In this document: piece after piece, positions 28,829 to 39,155 of the stretch | How the letters are laid out: the number at the start of each line of letters is the position of its first letter | Numbering within the stretch: position 1 is the first letter of the stretch | The notes under the pieces: generated by a model | Told to the model about the DNA's origin: nothing | Seen by the model: only the letters and a program-made list of their open reading frames with translations | Databases searched by the model: none | Sequence record: AP025670.1 | Strand: one strand, 5' to 3' | DNA: 64,000 bases | Source of the DNA: a plasmid | Made by a program: the position numbers and the translations under genes

Positions 28829-29635
28829 TTATTGTGATTTTTTCATCATAGCTTCGATGGTGTTTACAAACATATCCATTGGTACAGCACCTTCTATCAC
28901 ACGTTTTTCTCCAGTTTTATTATCAACTATTACCGTTGTAGGTGTGCCTGAAACACCAAGAGAACGGCTTTCTGCCTTGTCTTTATCTAAAGTTAACTTT
29001 ACAGAGTCAGTTTTAAGACATGTGTTATACGCAACAGGGTCTAACTCAAACATTCCGATCATATCTGCGGTAGCAAAATCAAATTCATGATTCCCCCACA
29101 TTGAAATGATCTTCCAGTGATTGTCAGTGTTTTGAGCACCAGCACAGAGCATTTTCACGGCATAATCAGTAGCATTTGGCTCGTGGAATGGTAGAGGGCT
29201 GTTTTTCCATTTCCAATTGACTAAACCACCATTCGCCTTATCAACTAGTGTTTTAGGAGTAGATGCGAAACGTTGGCAATATGGACATTGGAAATCCATG
29301 TATGTTACAAGTGAAAATCTCGCATTCTCATTGCCATAAGTTAGTGTGTTGGAATCAAGCTGGACTTGGGAAAGATTGAGATTTGGTTCTTCAGGTTGAG
29401 CTTCAGGCTGTTGGACCGGCTCAGTATTTTCAGACAGAGACAAAATTTTGCTTAAAGACTGGTTTACACCAGCACTTTCTGTTTTTGTAGCATTTTGAAT
29501 AGTAATTGACGAAGCCAATAGTATATTAGTTTGCTTTAGCTCACTTGTGGTTAAATAGGTACTGGTTATTCCTACGCCAACTATTGTAGTTAAAAGTGCA
29601 ATCACTGATTTTTGATACGTTGATAATTTATTCAT
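28829..29635 (-). CDS. periplasmic thiol:disulfide oxidoreductase (DsbA/DsbC/TrbB-like; CPYC active site)
   Basis: Signal-anchor and thioredoxin motif …DFQCPYCQRF…. Confidence 0.7.
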   Translation of the reverse strand: MNKLSTYQKSVIALLTTIVGVGITSTYLTTSELKQTNILLASSITIQNATKTESAGVNQSLSKILSLSENTEPVQQPEAQPEEPNLNLSQVQLDSNTLTYGNENARFSLVTYMDFQCPYCQRFASTPKTLVDKANGGLVNWKWKNSPLPFHEPNATDYAVKMLCAGAQNTDNHWKIISMWGNHEFDFATADMIGMFELDPVAYNTCLKTDSVKLTLDKDKAESRSLGVSGTPTTVIVDNKTGEKRVIEGAVPMDMFVNTIEAMMKKSQ

Positions 29636-29651
29636 AATGAAAAATACCTTT

Positions 29652-30293
29652 CTACTTTATTGCAGGTGATGGTTCGTTTTGGTTATCAATATAGATTTTC
29701 ATTCGATAGTTTTTGAGAGAGTCAGGCTCTCCATTTTGTAAAATAACTAATTCTTCATTAGTTAATTTATACTCTGGATCAGAACAGTATTTTTCTTTGA
29801 TACGAATATATTCATTCCGAGATTTTTTATTCTCAGGCGTTTCCTTCAGAAAATAATTTCGTGAATTTTCACCACAGAACGATGGTAATTCAGGTTTGGT
29901 ATAAACGTTCGATGAACTACTGCGAGCTAAACTACTTATTAACAGGTCTGTATGAAAGCTACGGTCCACAGGAATATGTTTTTTACCTTGGTCGTAGATC
30001 TCGTATGGTGATGCAATTACGTGCCTGTAACCTTGCTGTCGCAATGATGCGCCACCTCTATTCGTATCTTTCCAATTTTCGCGATATGTATAGTCAGCAG
30101 GATAAGTAGCCGTTACTGCTTTTCGAGCAATTTGCTTATCAATTACGTCATTCGCTGTACCGCCATAACCCGATTCAATGCTAATTGTGGATGTTTTTAC
30201 ATAATTTCCACACCCAAATATGGGCTTATCTGCGCTACTACAACCTGATAAGGATGTTGCAAGCAGACAACAAAATATAAATGACTTTTTCAT
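29652..30293 (-). CDS. lipoprotein (lipobox LSGC), possibly a TraV-like T4SS component
   Basis: MKKSFIFCCLLATSLSGCSS signal. The TraV-like assignment rests on context only. Confidence 0.45.
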   Translation of the reverse strand: MKKSFIFCCLLATSLSGCSSADKPIFGCGNYVKTSTISIESGYGGTANDVIDKQIARKAVTATYPADYTYRENWKDTNRGGASLRQQGYRHVIASPYEIYDQGKKHIPVDRSFHTDLLISSLARSSSSNVYTKPELPSFCGENSRNYFLKETPENKKSRNEYIRIKEKYCSDPEYKLTNEELVILQNGEPDSLKNYRMKIYIDNQNEPSPAIK

Positions 30294-30314
30294 CTAAGTT
30301 CCTCACTGAAGATC

Positions 30315-32825
30315 GTGGTGAGTATGAACTATTTAGGTGCAGTTTTTCCCGATATAACAATGCAAAACGGTTCTAATTATGAAATTGCAAATTTAAAAAC
30401 AGGTAACATTGTTGCATCAAATAATCTTAAAAATTTAGAGAAGCAGGTTCGCCGAATGTTTATAAACTGGTTAAAATCCATACTGAAATCAGGGAAAGAT
30501 CCCTTCTCAGTAGATGTGTCAACATCGCCAGATATGCAGGAATCACAGCATTCCATACTTCAAAAAGGTGAGATTGAAATTCCGGATGATATTAAATCTC
30601 AAATAGAAACATTCAAAATGCCGATTGGATATCCGCCAAAAATTGAAGGATATCCTGCAAGAATCAGCGGAAAACAATTGCTGATTAAAACCCAAGCGGA
30701 AATGATCACAAAAATCAAAAGAGAAATGCAAATCGGTGAGCTATTTGATGAATTGGTCATGCCACTACTATGTAATACTGCTGATTTTATACACTTACTA
30801 CCGGCTTCTGAAGCACATCACCACAGAGCTCAAGGAGGGCTTTTACGACACAGTTTAGAAGTCTGTTACATCGCAGTTAAGCACACAAAGACCACTGACT
30901 TTGATAGCAATGAAACCCCTGAAGAACGGTCTGCTAACGCTTTGAAATGGCGTCTTGCAGTGGCTGTAACAGCATTACTGCACGACATTGGTAAACCAGT
31001 GTCTGACTATGAAATTTGGGATCAGACTGGTGTATATCAGTGGAAACCGAGTGGAAAAAACCTGTTTCATTGGGCTGTTGAACACGATATAGAAAGATAT
31101 TTTTTACAGTGGAACAAGAAAAGGCATAACAATCATAGAATTATAGCACCTTCGCTTATTGAAAAAATTGTTCCTGCGAAAGTGATAGAACTACTTCAGC
31201 AAAATAGTAAAAACCTATATTTCAAAGTTATAGAGGCAATTTCTAACAGCGATAACATGGAACTGGCGGATAAAAAAACAATCAATGGCAATCAGTTGTT
31301 TAATATTCTGTTACTCGCAGACCGAGCCTCTGTTGCAAATGACCTTAAATTGACATCAGGTGATGCGATACGCGCTGCCGGTTCTGGTGTATCAACTATT
31401 CAGCGTCTGGTTGATACTATGCGCCAATTTATATCATCAGGTCGTTGGACCCCAAACGTTCCTCCTAGTCCGATTTGGTCAACGCCAGATGGGGTCTACA
31501 TTATTTGGGCTAGTGCCGCTGAAGAATTATGCAAAGAGATAAAAAACCTTGGAATTTTTATCCCACAATCAGCAGATAGTTTAGGTGAGATACTATTAGC
31601 TCATGATGTAATCATTGAAGCGCCAAGAGGTTCACTCTATTGGAAGATTGCACCAAAAAAGTTACTCAAATCAGCGTCGTTTATAAAAGATCCAGACACG
31701 TTCTTTTACTGCGTGAAATTAGCTTCAGACGAATTACTATTTGGCGAAAATATAAAGCCAACACATGCATCTGTTTATGTCAAAAACGAAACGAGTTGGG
31801 TTAGTTTTGAACCAAAAACAGGAACTAATGTAGAAATCACAGGTGAAAAAACTGAACCAACTATCGTAAACAATGATTTTAAGCATCAACCGATTGATAT
31901 TGTAGATAAAATAATAAATGATACACCTCCAGAATCTGATAATGTAACTAGCATAATGGAAACGCTTGAAGAACTAGCCATTATCGAGCCGGTATGTAAT
32001 GAACAAGCCGTTGAAGTACCTGAAGTTCAAGTTATAGCAGCATGTGATCTCAAGATACAGGGTGGTGATACACTGCCAGTAGGCAATCCTGCTTCTGAGA
32101 TAACCCATAAACACAGCCTAGGGTTAAAAGAACGGATTATTGCCATGAGTAAACCGTCAGTAGCACTACCAATGAAATCACTGACTGATATACCAGTAGC
32201 TACTCAATTATCTGAGCAGAAATCATTGTTTGCAGACGTGAAACTTGATGACACCGACTCCGTAGAGATTACAACTCAAAAGGGTATGCATAGTGATATC
32301 TATATTACAGCTGATCTTCATATCAGAGAGGCTTTTGAAATATATCTATTAGGGCTTTCAAAAAAACAGTTAATTAGCAACATAAATCAAAATCACTTAC
32401 TGGTTGATGATAAACTCGAAATACCCTCGGCATGGAAAGCCAGAAGCCCTCAAGCATCGCGTTCTAAAGATGATGAAGCGCTGGTGCTTTTAAGATCAAA
32501 TTTCTATCTTGTTTTGAAAAAAGAATTACTCATTGATGTATTTATCATCACTGGATTTTCTGAAATTGAACAAATGTTAAATCCAGTCATTCCTGACTTA
32601 GCAACTTCATTAATTGAAGATGTCATATTTTCTATTCACAATGAAAACGACATTTCAGAAAACCAATTTAAAACGATTCAATATATAGAGTTGAGTCGGA
32701 CAGAACTTATTGAAATATCTGCTAAGTTGGGGGTGTCTCAAACGACATTCAAACAAATCATGGCTGTTAGGTTTGAAAGCTACAACAGCCATTTTGGACT
32801 TCAATTTATGCGAGAAAAACAATGA
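30315..32825 (+). CDS. traI: MOBH-family conjugative relaxase (TraI of the SXT/IncC/R27 type) with an HD-hydrolase motif
   Basis: …SEAHHHRAQGGLLRHSLEV… followed by …ALLHDIGKP… (histidine triad plus HD), as in MobH relaxases. The start codon is uncertain (GTG 30315, ATG 30324 or later) because the divergent gene begins at 30293. Confidence 0.6.
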   Translation: MVSMNYLGAVFPDITMQNGSNYEIANLKTGNIVASNNLKNLEKQVRRMFINWLKSILKSGKDPFSVDVSTSPDMQESQHSILQKGEIEIPDDIKSQIETFKMPIGYPPKIEGYPARISGKQLLIKTQAEMITKIKREMQIGELFDELVMPLLCNTADFIHLLPASEAHHHRAQGGLLRHSLEVCYIAVKHTKTTDFDSNETPEERSANALKWRLAVAVTALLHDIGKPVSDYEIWDQTGVYQWKPSGKNLFHWAVEHDIERYFLQWNKKRHNNHRIIAPSLIEKIVPAKVIELLQQNSKNLYFKVIEAISNSDNMELADKKTINGNQLFNILLLADRASVANDLKLTSGDAIRAAGSGVSTIQRLVDTMRQFISSGRWTPNVPPSPIWSTPDGVYIIWASAAEELCKEIKNLGIFIPQSADSLGEILLAHDVIIEAPRGSLYWKIAPKKLLKSASFIKDPDTFFYCVKLASDELLFGENIKPTHASVYVKNETSWVSFEPKTGTNVEITGEKTEPTIVNNDFKHQPIDIVDKIINDTPPESDNVTSIMETLEELAIIEPVCNEQAVEVPEVQVIAACDLKIQGGDTLPVGNPASEITHKHSLGLKERIIAMSKPSVALPMKSLTDIPVATQLSEQKSLFADVKLDDTDSVEITTQKGMHSDIYITADLHIREAFEIYLLGLSKKQLISNINQNHLLVDDKLEIPSAWKARSPQASRSKDDEALVLLRSNFYLVLKKELLIDVFIITGFSEIEQMLNPVIPDLATSLIEDVIFSIHNENDISENQFKTIQYIELSRTELIEISAKLGVSQTTFKQIMAVRFESYNSHFGLQFMREKQ

Positions 32826-34735
32826 GTGATTGGAAACATTTAATGCCATTTCGTACTAACTACGAGATGTATGAAGTTTGTGGTTGGGGAACCGGTGTAT
32901 TAGCTACGGTCGGTGTTGGTACATATCTATCAATGCCTCTAACTGCTACGCTATCTGCTGCTGCGATACAAAGCATTTTCGCTATGAAATCATTGCCAAA
33001 TGCAATTAAAATTGCAGTCTTGCATAAAAACCTAAAAACCAGACCGGCTCCTACGTTTACTTCAGCCTATGATGTTGTCAAAGAAATGATGAACAATCGC
33101 GACACGACATTGATAGGTAAAGGCTTTACATGGCGGCATGAGCATGGACAACGGGCATATGAAATTTTAAAAAGTGGTGTTGCTGACAGGTTTTTACCTA
33201 ATGATCATGAAAGCATGGGGCACGGTTGGATTCATAAATTAGGGAATTCAAATGAGTGGATCAGCGTACCTGACGACTTAATGACGCTACATACGTCATT
33301 AACTGGTACTACGGGTTCCGGTAAAACGACTCTTTACAAATTACTTATTCTGCAAGCTGCTTTAAAACGGCAACCTCTTATTCTAATTGACCCTAAAAAT
33401 GATGAGGAACTTGCTGATTATATGTACAAGTGCATGAAACTAATGGAACGAGAAGATGATTTTTATTATCTTTCCATTGCACACTTGGATAAATCCAACC
33501 GGATTTCACCAATATCAAATTATTCCAACTCAACTGAAGTAGCCAGCCGTATTATTTCCGTTATCCAGAAGGCTGATAACACAACTGATCCATTTATTTC
33601 ATTTGCGACAATGACGTTGACAACTATTGTGCAGTTGATGAATTTCGCAAACGTAAAGCCTACTCTTGTAAATATAAAAGCACAGCTTGGTACTAATTTG
33701 GGTAATTTTGCTGAATTACTTGTTAAAGCAATCGACAAATTAGGATATGAGCTATTTCCTGATGTATACGACTCACTTCTTGATCGTAGACTAGAACATC
33801 AATCAATGACTAGAACGACAGGAACTATCGAGAACCATGCCGGAATAAGAATCACTATCTATCTGAATGATATTGCAAAAATTAAGGAATATACATTCAT
33901 TAAAAGTGGAATTGACCTATTTCAGCATAATCGTGAACATTTCCAAAAGATGATATTAACGGCACTACCTGTATTAAGCATGTTAACTAGTGATGGGTTA
34001 GATGAAGTATTGTCACCGTCCAGTGAGAATATTGATGATGAAAGAGTCATTACTAATATGAAAGATATCATCAATACAAACGGGATGATGTATTTAGGGC
34101 TTAATTCTCTTGCTGATGGTGATAAAGGAAACGCTGTTGGCTCAATATTTCTAAGCGATATCACTGCTGTTGCGGCTGATATTTATAACTATGCAAAACC
34201 GCGCGGTGAAAAGAAACGCGATACAAATATTCTTATTGATGAAGCTGCTGAAGTTATCAACGATCAGGTTATTCGGCTTCAAAATAAAGGGAGAGGGGCA
34301 GGGTTTAAGTTATTCATTGCCTCACAGTCTACCACTGACTACGTTGCTACCCTTGGCTCTGAAGCGAAAAAAGAACAAGTTAGTATAAATGCGAACCATA
34401 ACATTGCATTACGGACTATCAATATTCAAGGTCAAAAAGATTTAATAGAAAGAATACCAACTACAAATTTCAAGTACATCCAAAGAGGGCATGGTACGAG
34501 TTCGGGGGAAGATCCAGAAAAAATCACCGGAAGTATTGGTGAGCGATTGATGGAGGTTGAGAGTGAGTTATTTCCTCCACAACTATTAGGAAACCTCCCA
34601 AATCTAGAGTTTTGCGCTATTTTAAAAGCGGGGAATATATGTAAAGGTCAAATTCCAATTGTACAATTACCAACCAGCGAAAAAGAAGTATTAAAGTTAA
34701 AGATGCTAATCAAAGAATTTAATAAGGCACGTTAA
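32822..34735 (+). CDS. traD: type IV coupling protein (TraD/VirD4 family)
   Basis: Two N-terminal TM helices, Walker A …LTGTTGSGKTT… and Walker B …ILIDEAAE…; overlaps the relaxase stop. Confidence 0.65.
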   Translation: MSDWKHLMPFRTNYEMYEVCGWGTGVLATVGVGTYLSMPLTATLSAAAIQSIFAMKSLPNAIKIAVLHKNLKTRPAPTFTSAYDVVKEMMNNRDTTLIGKGFTWRHEHGQRAYEILKSGVADRFLPNDHESMGHGWIHKLGNSNEWISVPDDLMTLHTSLTGTTGSGKTTLYKLLILQAALKRQPLILIDPKNDEELADYMYKCMKLMEREDDFYYLSIAHLDKSNRISPISNYSNSTEVASRIISVIQKADNTTDPFISFATMTLTTIVQLMNFANVKPTLVNIKAQLGTNLGNFAELLVKAIDKLGYELFPDVYDSLLDRRLEHQSMTRTTGTIENHAGIRITIYLNDIAKIKEYTFIKSGIDLFQHNREHFQKMILTALPVLSMLTSDGLDEVLSPSSENIDDERVITNMKDIINTNGMMYLGLNSLADGDKGNAVGSIFLSDITAVAADIYNYAKPRGEKKRDTNILIDEAAEVINDQVIRLQNKGRGAGFKLFIASQSTTDYVATLGSEAKKEQVSINANHNIALRTINIQGQKDLIERIPTTNFKYIQRGHGTSSGEDPEKITGSIGERLMEVESELFPPQLLGNLPNLEFCAILKAGNICKGQIPIVQLPTSEKEVLKLKMLIKEFNKAR

Positions 34736-35086
34736 ATGGATAATATTGTCCCAGAGTATGAGTTTAGATCCAATGCAAGCGACATATATTTTGCTCGTTT
34801 TCTTCTCCAGTGGAATATTTGTAGCCGTCAGATCATATTGATGCTTCTATCTATGAAGGACACTGAATTTGAAACCATTTTCTGTGACTACTTCAACGAA
34901 CAAATTGAGAAATATTATCAAAGAAAAAAAACTGATTTGAAGATTTCAGATTGGGACAATCTAGCAATAGTCATTTCAAAATCCATAATTTTTCTTTCAA
35001 AGTTAAATAACACTTCGCCTTTAGATGAATATCACAAGTATAAATTCCCTGAAAGGTTAGATAATAGCGTTATTTCCAGTTTCTAA
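34736..35086 (+). CDS. hypothetical protein (116 aa) translationally coupled to the coupling-protein gene
   Basis: ATG overlaps the upstream TAA. Confidence 0.35.
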   Translation: MDNIVPEYEFRSNASDIYFARFLLQWNICSRQIILMLLSMKDTEFETIFCDYFNEQIEKYYQRKKTDLKISDWDNLAIVISKSIIFLSKLNNTSPLDEYHKYKFPERLDNSVISSF

Positions 35087-35097
35087 AGAGGTTATTA

Positions 35098-35295
35098 ATG
35101 TCAGCCGATACACAATCTAACGGTAGCTCAATTAAAAAACTGTTACTTACGGTAACAGTTTTACTCATTATCATGTCATTGTTTATCCCTGCTGAATGGT
35201 ATAAATCAAACATGGTTAGCGAGTTAAAAATGGGCGAATTGATTACTGGTTCAAGTTTGATTCCTTGGACTCTTCAGAATACAGACAGCAAATAA
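35098..35295 (+). CDS. small membrane protein whose 3' end is fused into the ISEcp1 fragment. It is probably truncated by the element
   Basis: GAGG RBS and a TM helix; the last about 15 codons are read from ISEcp1-derived DNA. Confidence 0.35.
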   Translation: MSADTQSNGSSIKKLLLTVTVLLIIMSLFIPAEWYKSNMVSELKMGELITGSSLIPWTLQNTDSK

Positions 35296-35624
35296 AGACC
35301 TTTCGTTTGAAGTATGTATTTCTTGCAGCAAAAATAATCAAAACCGCAAGATATGTAATCATGAAGTTGTCGGAAAACTATCCGTACAAGGGAGTGTATG
35401 AAAAATGTCTGGTATAATAAGAATATCATCAATAAAATTGAGTGTTGCTCTGTGGATAACTTGCAGAGTTTATTAAGTATCATTGCAGCAAAGATGAAAT
35501 CAATGATTTATCAAAAATGATTGAAAGGTGGTTGTAAATAATGTTACAATGTGTGAGAAGCAGTCTAAATTCTTCGTGAAATAGTGATTTTTGAAGCTAA
35601 TAAAAAACACACGTGGAATTTAGG
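35250..35624 (+). mobile_element. ISEcp1: 3' fragment of ISEcp1 (last about 46 codons of tnpA, promoter, and IRR ACGTGGAATTTAGG at 35611-35624)
   Basis: tnpA tail …EYRQQIKTFRLKYVFLAAKIIKTARYVIMKLSENYPYKGVYEKCLV*, the promoter-bearing tail GATTGAAAGGTGGTTGTAAATAATGTTACAATG and the exact IRR match my recollection of ISEcp1. No full tnpA is present. Confidence 0.85.
35521..35550 (+). promoter_or_regulatory. ISEcp1 outward promoter (-35 TTGAAA 35521-35526; -10 TACAAT 35545-35550) driving blaCTX-M
   Basis: Consensus-like hexamers inside the ISEcp1 tail, about 125 bp upstream of the bla ATG. Confidence 0.7.
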
Positions 35625-35673
35625 TTCAATGAATACTTGAAGGCCAAGGGATAATACTAATAGAGGATTTTTA

Positions 35674-36549
35674 ATGATGACTCAGAGCATTCGCCGCTCA
35701 ATGTTAACGGTGATGGCGACGCTACCCCTGCTATTTAGCAGCGCAACGCTGCATGCGCAGGCGAACAGCGTGCAACAGCAGCTGGAAGCCCTGGAGAAAA
35801 GTTCGGGAGGTCGGCTTGGCGTTGCGCTGATTAACACCGCCGATAATTCGCAGATTCTCTACCGTGCCGATGAACGTTTTGCGATGTGCAGTACCAGTAA
35901 GGTGATGGCGGTCGCGGCGGTGCTTAAACAGAGCGAGAGCGATAAGCACCTGCTAAATCAGCGCGTTGAAATCAAGAAGAGCGACCTGGTTAACTACAAT
36001 CCCATTGCGGAGAAACACGTTAACGGCACGATGACGCTGGCTGAGCTTGGCGCAGCGGCGCTGCAGTATAGCGACAATACTGCCATGAATAAGCTGATTG
36101 CCCATCTGGGTGGTCCCGATAAAGTGACGGCGTTTGCTCGCTCGTTGGGTGATGAGACCTTCCGTCTGGACAGAACCGAGCCCACGCTCAATACCGCCAT
36201 TCCAGGCGACCCGCGTGATACCACCACGCCGCTCGCGATGGCGCAGACCCTGAAAAATCTGACGCTGGGTAAAGCGCTGGCGGAAACTCAGCGGGCACAG
36301 TTGGTGACGTGGCTTAAGGGCAATACTACCGGTAGCGCGAGCATTCGGGCGGGTCTGCCGAAATCATGGGTAGTGGGCGATAAAACCGGCAGCGGAGATT
36401 ATGGCACCACCAACGATATCGCGGTTATCTGGCCGGAAAACCACGCACCGCTGGTTCTGGTGACCTACTTTACCCAACCGGAGCAGAAGGCGGAAAGCCG
36501 TCGGGATATTCTGGCTGCGGCGGCGAAAATCGTAACCCACGGTTTCTGA
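35674..36549 (+). CDS. blaCTX-M-2: class A extended-spectrum beta-lactamase, CTX-M-2 group (KLUA-type)
   Basis: [28 protein letters not shown]… N-terminus and full-length match to the CTX-M-2 lineage; STSK, SDN and KTG motifs; a GC-rich ORF inside AT-rich DNA. Confidence 0.9.
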   Translation: MMTQSIRRSMLTVMATLPLLFSSATLHAQANSVQQQLEALEKSSGGRLGVALINTADNSQILYRADERFAMCSTSKVMAVAAVLKQSESDKHLLNQRVEIKKSDLVNYNPIAEKHVNGTMTLAELGAAALQYSDNTAMNKLIAHLGGPDKVTAFARSLGDETFRLDRTEPTLNTAIPGDPRDTTTPLAMAQTLKNLTLGKALAETQRAQLVTWLKGNTTGSASIRAGLPKSWVVGDKTGSGDYGTTNDIAVIWPENHAPLVLVTYFTQPEQKAESRRDILAAAAKIVTHGF

Positions 36550-36555
36550 TGCAAT

Positions 36556-36582
36556 AAATGGAGCGAGGTATCGCTCCATTTA
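36556..36582 (+). terminator. Terminator hairpin AAATGGAGCGA-ggta-TCGCTCCATTT after blaCTX-M-2
   Basis: 11-bp perfect stem plus a T. Confidence 0.65.
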
Positions 36583-36784
36583 CGTTAAAAATGTGCTCCT
36601 GAACTTCAGTCTTGTCTTGCAACGAACCCTCATCTCTTTCTATCATTCCGCTCTTTTTTCTGGACCAAATATCTTAGCTTCAGGAAGGTAATAGATAACA
36701 ATTTCTTATGTAAACTATTTTATTTTAAATAATGTTTAAGGCATTTAATTATTAGGTTGTTTGTTTTTATTGTAATTATCTGAT

Positions 36785-37435
36785 TTACACTTGCAGTATT
36801 CCTATAGTAAACAACGACCACGGAGATTTATCAGGACTATACAGCCAACTTGCAGATTTTAAACGGGCGCTTGCAATATCACGTCTGGTTATGAAGTAAA
36901 TCAAGTGAGTATCGTCATGCAGAAGGTAGTCAACATACACCCCCCTGAAATTACCTCTTTCACCGATTGAGCCTTTGTCGAATTGGTCTATAAGAATATT
37001 TCCAACATCAGCAAAAGGGTCATAGTGATGTGTTGGTGGTGTCCGTCTGCCATTGAACTCAAATTTATCTTTTTCAAAAACTAAATCTATAATTAAGTTT
37101 TTGCACATTTGAGCTTCAATAGCCATTTTAATTAAACCCAAATACGAGACATCAAGAATAACACGCTCATCTCTGGGTACTAAGTATGCTAATTTTTGAG
37201 CAGGGTCTAACGTTAGTGACGTTGTTGCAAGCTGTAAAAAAGCAGTTTTAAAACTAGCGGGATTATTAATAGCAATCGCCATTAGTTTTTTGTTGTTATC
37301 AATCTGATTCTTAGCAAAAATTGCTTCATTAAAATACGATGTTTCACTAAGAGAGTTCTCAGTAAATTTCGGTTTTAAACTTGCGATTATGTTAGAAACA
37401 GCTTTGCTACCTTGAACTATATTCGATGATGACAT
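36785..37435 (-). CDS. RecT/Bet-like single-strand annealing protein (216 aa)
   Basis: …KLAYLVPRDERVILDVSYLGLIKMAIE… resembles the RecT-family core; assignment tentative. Confidence 0.4.
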   Translation of the reverse strand: MSSSNIVQGSKAVSNIIASLKPKFTENSLSETSYFNEAIFAKNQIDNNKKLMAIAINNPASFKTAFLQLATTSLTLDPAQKLAYLVPRDERVILDVSYLGLIKMAIEAQMCKNLIIDLVFEKDKFEFNGRRTPPTHHYDPFADVGNILIDQFDKGSIGERGNFRGVYVDYLLHDDTHLIYFITRRDIASARLKSASWLYSPDKSPWSLFTIGILQV

Positions 37436-37512
37436 ATATAAGATACCTATTTAAGAAACAAAAAAACCGCATATAGCGGCTATTGTTTGAATTGGAATTG
37501 ATGAATATTAGT

Positions 37513-38010
37513 TCAAATAGATTTTTTACTATTTAATGAACTTAATAATTGGCTTTTTAACAAAAGCTGATTATTATCATATTTATTTTCTTCCAATTTT
37601 TTATTTGATTCATCAAGCGAATTTCTGGATTTATTAAAGTTTAATATATCCGTTAACTCTCTGATGCGTTCTAAACTTCTAACGCGCTGTTGTCTTGCTT
37701 CCTCATCTATTTCAATCTCTGATTTTGTTTGGTAAGTATTAACGCCATTGATTGATAATATAAATGGAAGAATATAGAATCTTTCTTTAACAATATTGTT
37801 AATTACAGATTCTTTTAATTTAACTTCACCCTTTGCAAATATCGTATCATTGCTTTTAGCATTTGATAATATCTCTGCAAGTTTGGTGTCCTTACAAACT
37901 ATATGAAAGTAAGCACTTTGATCTTCAAGCATAACATCATAGACTATTTTGTCTTTTACTTGAGTCGAGCGAATAATATTTATTTTACCTGAGAATGATA
38001 ATTCACACAT
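37513..38010 (-). CDS. hypothetical protein (165 aa), possibly an OB-fold partner of the annealing protein
   Basis: ORF with a coiled-coil C-terminus. Confidence 0.3.
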   Translation of the reverse strand: MCELSFSGKINIIRSTQVKDKIVYDVMLEDQSAYFHIVCKDTKLAEILSNAKSNDTIFAKGEVKLKESVINNIVKERFYILPFILSINGVNTYQTKSEIEIDEEARQQRVRSLERIRELTDILNFNKSRNSLDESNKKLEENKYDNNQLLLKSQLLSSLNSKKSI

Positions 38011-38140
38011 ATTTTCACCTATTTATTAAATAAGAGACACATAATTAAAACTATGAGCTCAGAGTTTTTGAATAAAGTATATTCAATGATTGAATATATT
38101 TTATTAGGGCGTAGAAAAGCCTTGACTGTTAAGCGTGATG

Positions 38141-38869
38141 CTAAACAGTTGTGATTAACCAGAAAGATCTCCGTTTGGGAGATGCCAGTTTCTCACTACC
38201 GAGTCGGTTTCCTGACTCATCAATTATACGGGCATATTCAACAACTTCTTCACGCTCTTTTTTGAGTGTGATGAAATCACCTTTCTGCACCGTTGAGTTA
38301 GCAATTGCATCTGCCAGACCTAAACCCCAAATGATATCTTCATCAATACGAACGTAATAGGACCGTCTGTTTTGAGGTTTGAACTGGTAGTGCGCTACTC
38401 CGAAATCACGTAAAATACCGTGGTATTCTTTGTGAGAGCCCTTTCGACAGTCGTTAGAAGATGAAAGCTGTGCTTCATTTCTATCCAATCTATCGCTATT
38501 TAAGGCGCAAATTTCCGGATAATTATTGCTTGAGTCGTCTTTTTGCTCACAATCGTGTGCAATCATTAACTCGTGTGAAGTTGGAACTTCAGCGTTTGGA
38601 TATAGGTTCACATCATCGGCATTGCGAAAATGTGCCTTTCGTCTATTAAGCTGATCTCTATTGCGTTTATTCAGATACAAAATCATGAAGATAGTTGTAC
38701 TGATAGCAATCGAAACCAGATTTTTAGTGCTAAAACTTTCTACGTTTGGTAGTGATCCATCCCACAAAAACACAAGCGCAAACATTATTGAAGCGTATGC
38801 AACCGTGAATTTATAGTTCAGGCAGGCGTGAACAAGCACACCAATCACTAGTATTGATATGATTAACAT
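38141..38869 (-). CDS. membrane-anchored hypothetical protein (242 aa)
   Basis: Two N-terminal TM helices and a soluble C-terminal domain. Confidence 0.35.
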   Translation of the reverse strand: MLIISILVIGVLVHACLNYKFTVAYASIMFALVFLWDGSLPNVESFSTKNLVSIAISTTIFMILYLNKRNRDQLNRRKAHFRNADDVNLYPNAEVPTSHELMIAHDCEQKDDSSNNYPEICALNSDRLDRNEAQLSSSNDCRKGSHKEYHGILRDFGVAHYQFKPQNRRSYYVRIDEDIIWGLGLADAIANSTVQKGDFITLKKEREEVVEYARIIDESGNRLGSEKLASPKRRSFWLITTV

Positions 38870-39155
38870 ATAATTTACCTTCGTAAACTTGGGTATTATT
38901 GGAGAGTTTAAAGCCGTTAGTAGTAAAAACTACTTCGGGGGAGAGAGGGATTATTGAGATCTCTCTGAATTGAACTATGAGTTAACATAGCTAGATGTAG
39001 TGTCAATCAGACACTTGTAACAGAACCATTTTGTTTCAAAAATAATAAGAATGCAAGTCCCTTTTTTGATTACAACTTTTATTGCTATCATGAAAAGTTC
39101 TTTTTTATTGGTACGTATAATGAAGGTCTTTGAAACCGGTTTTGGAGAAAACATG

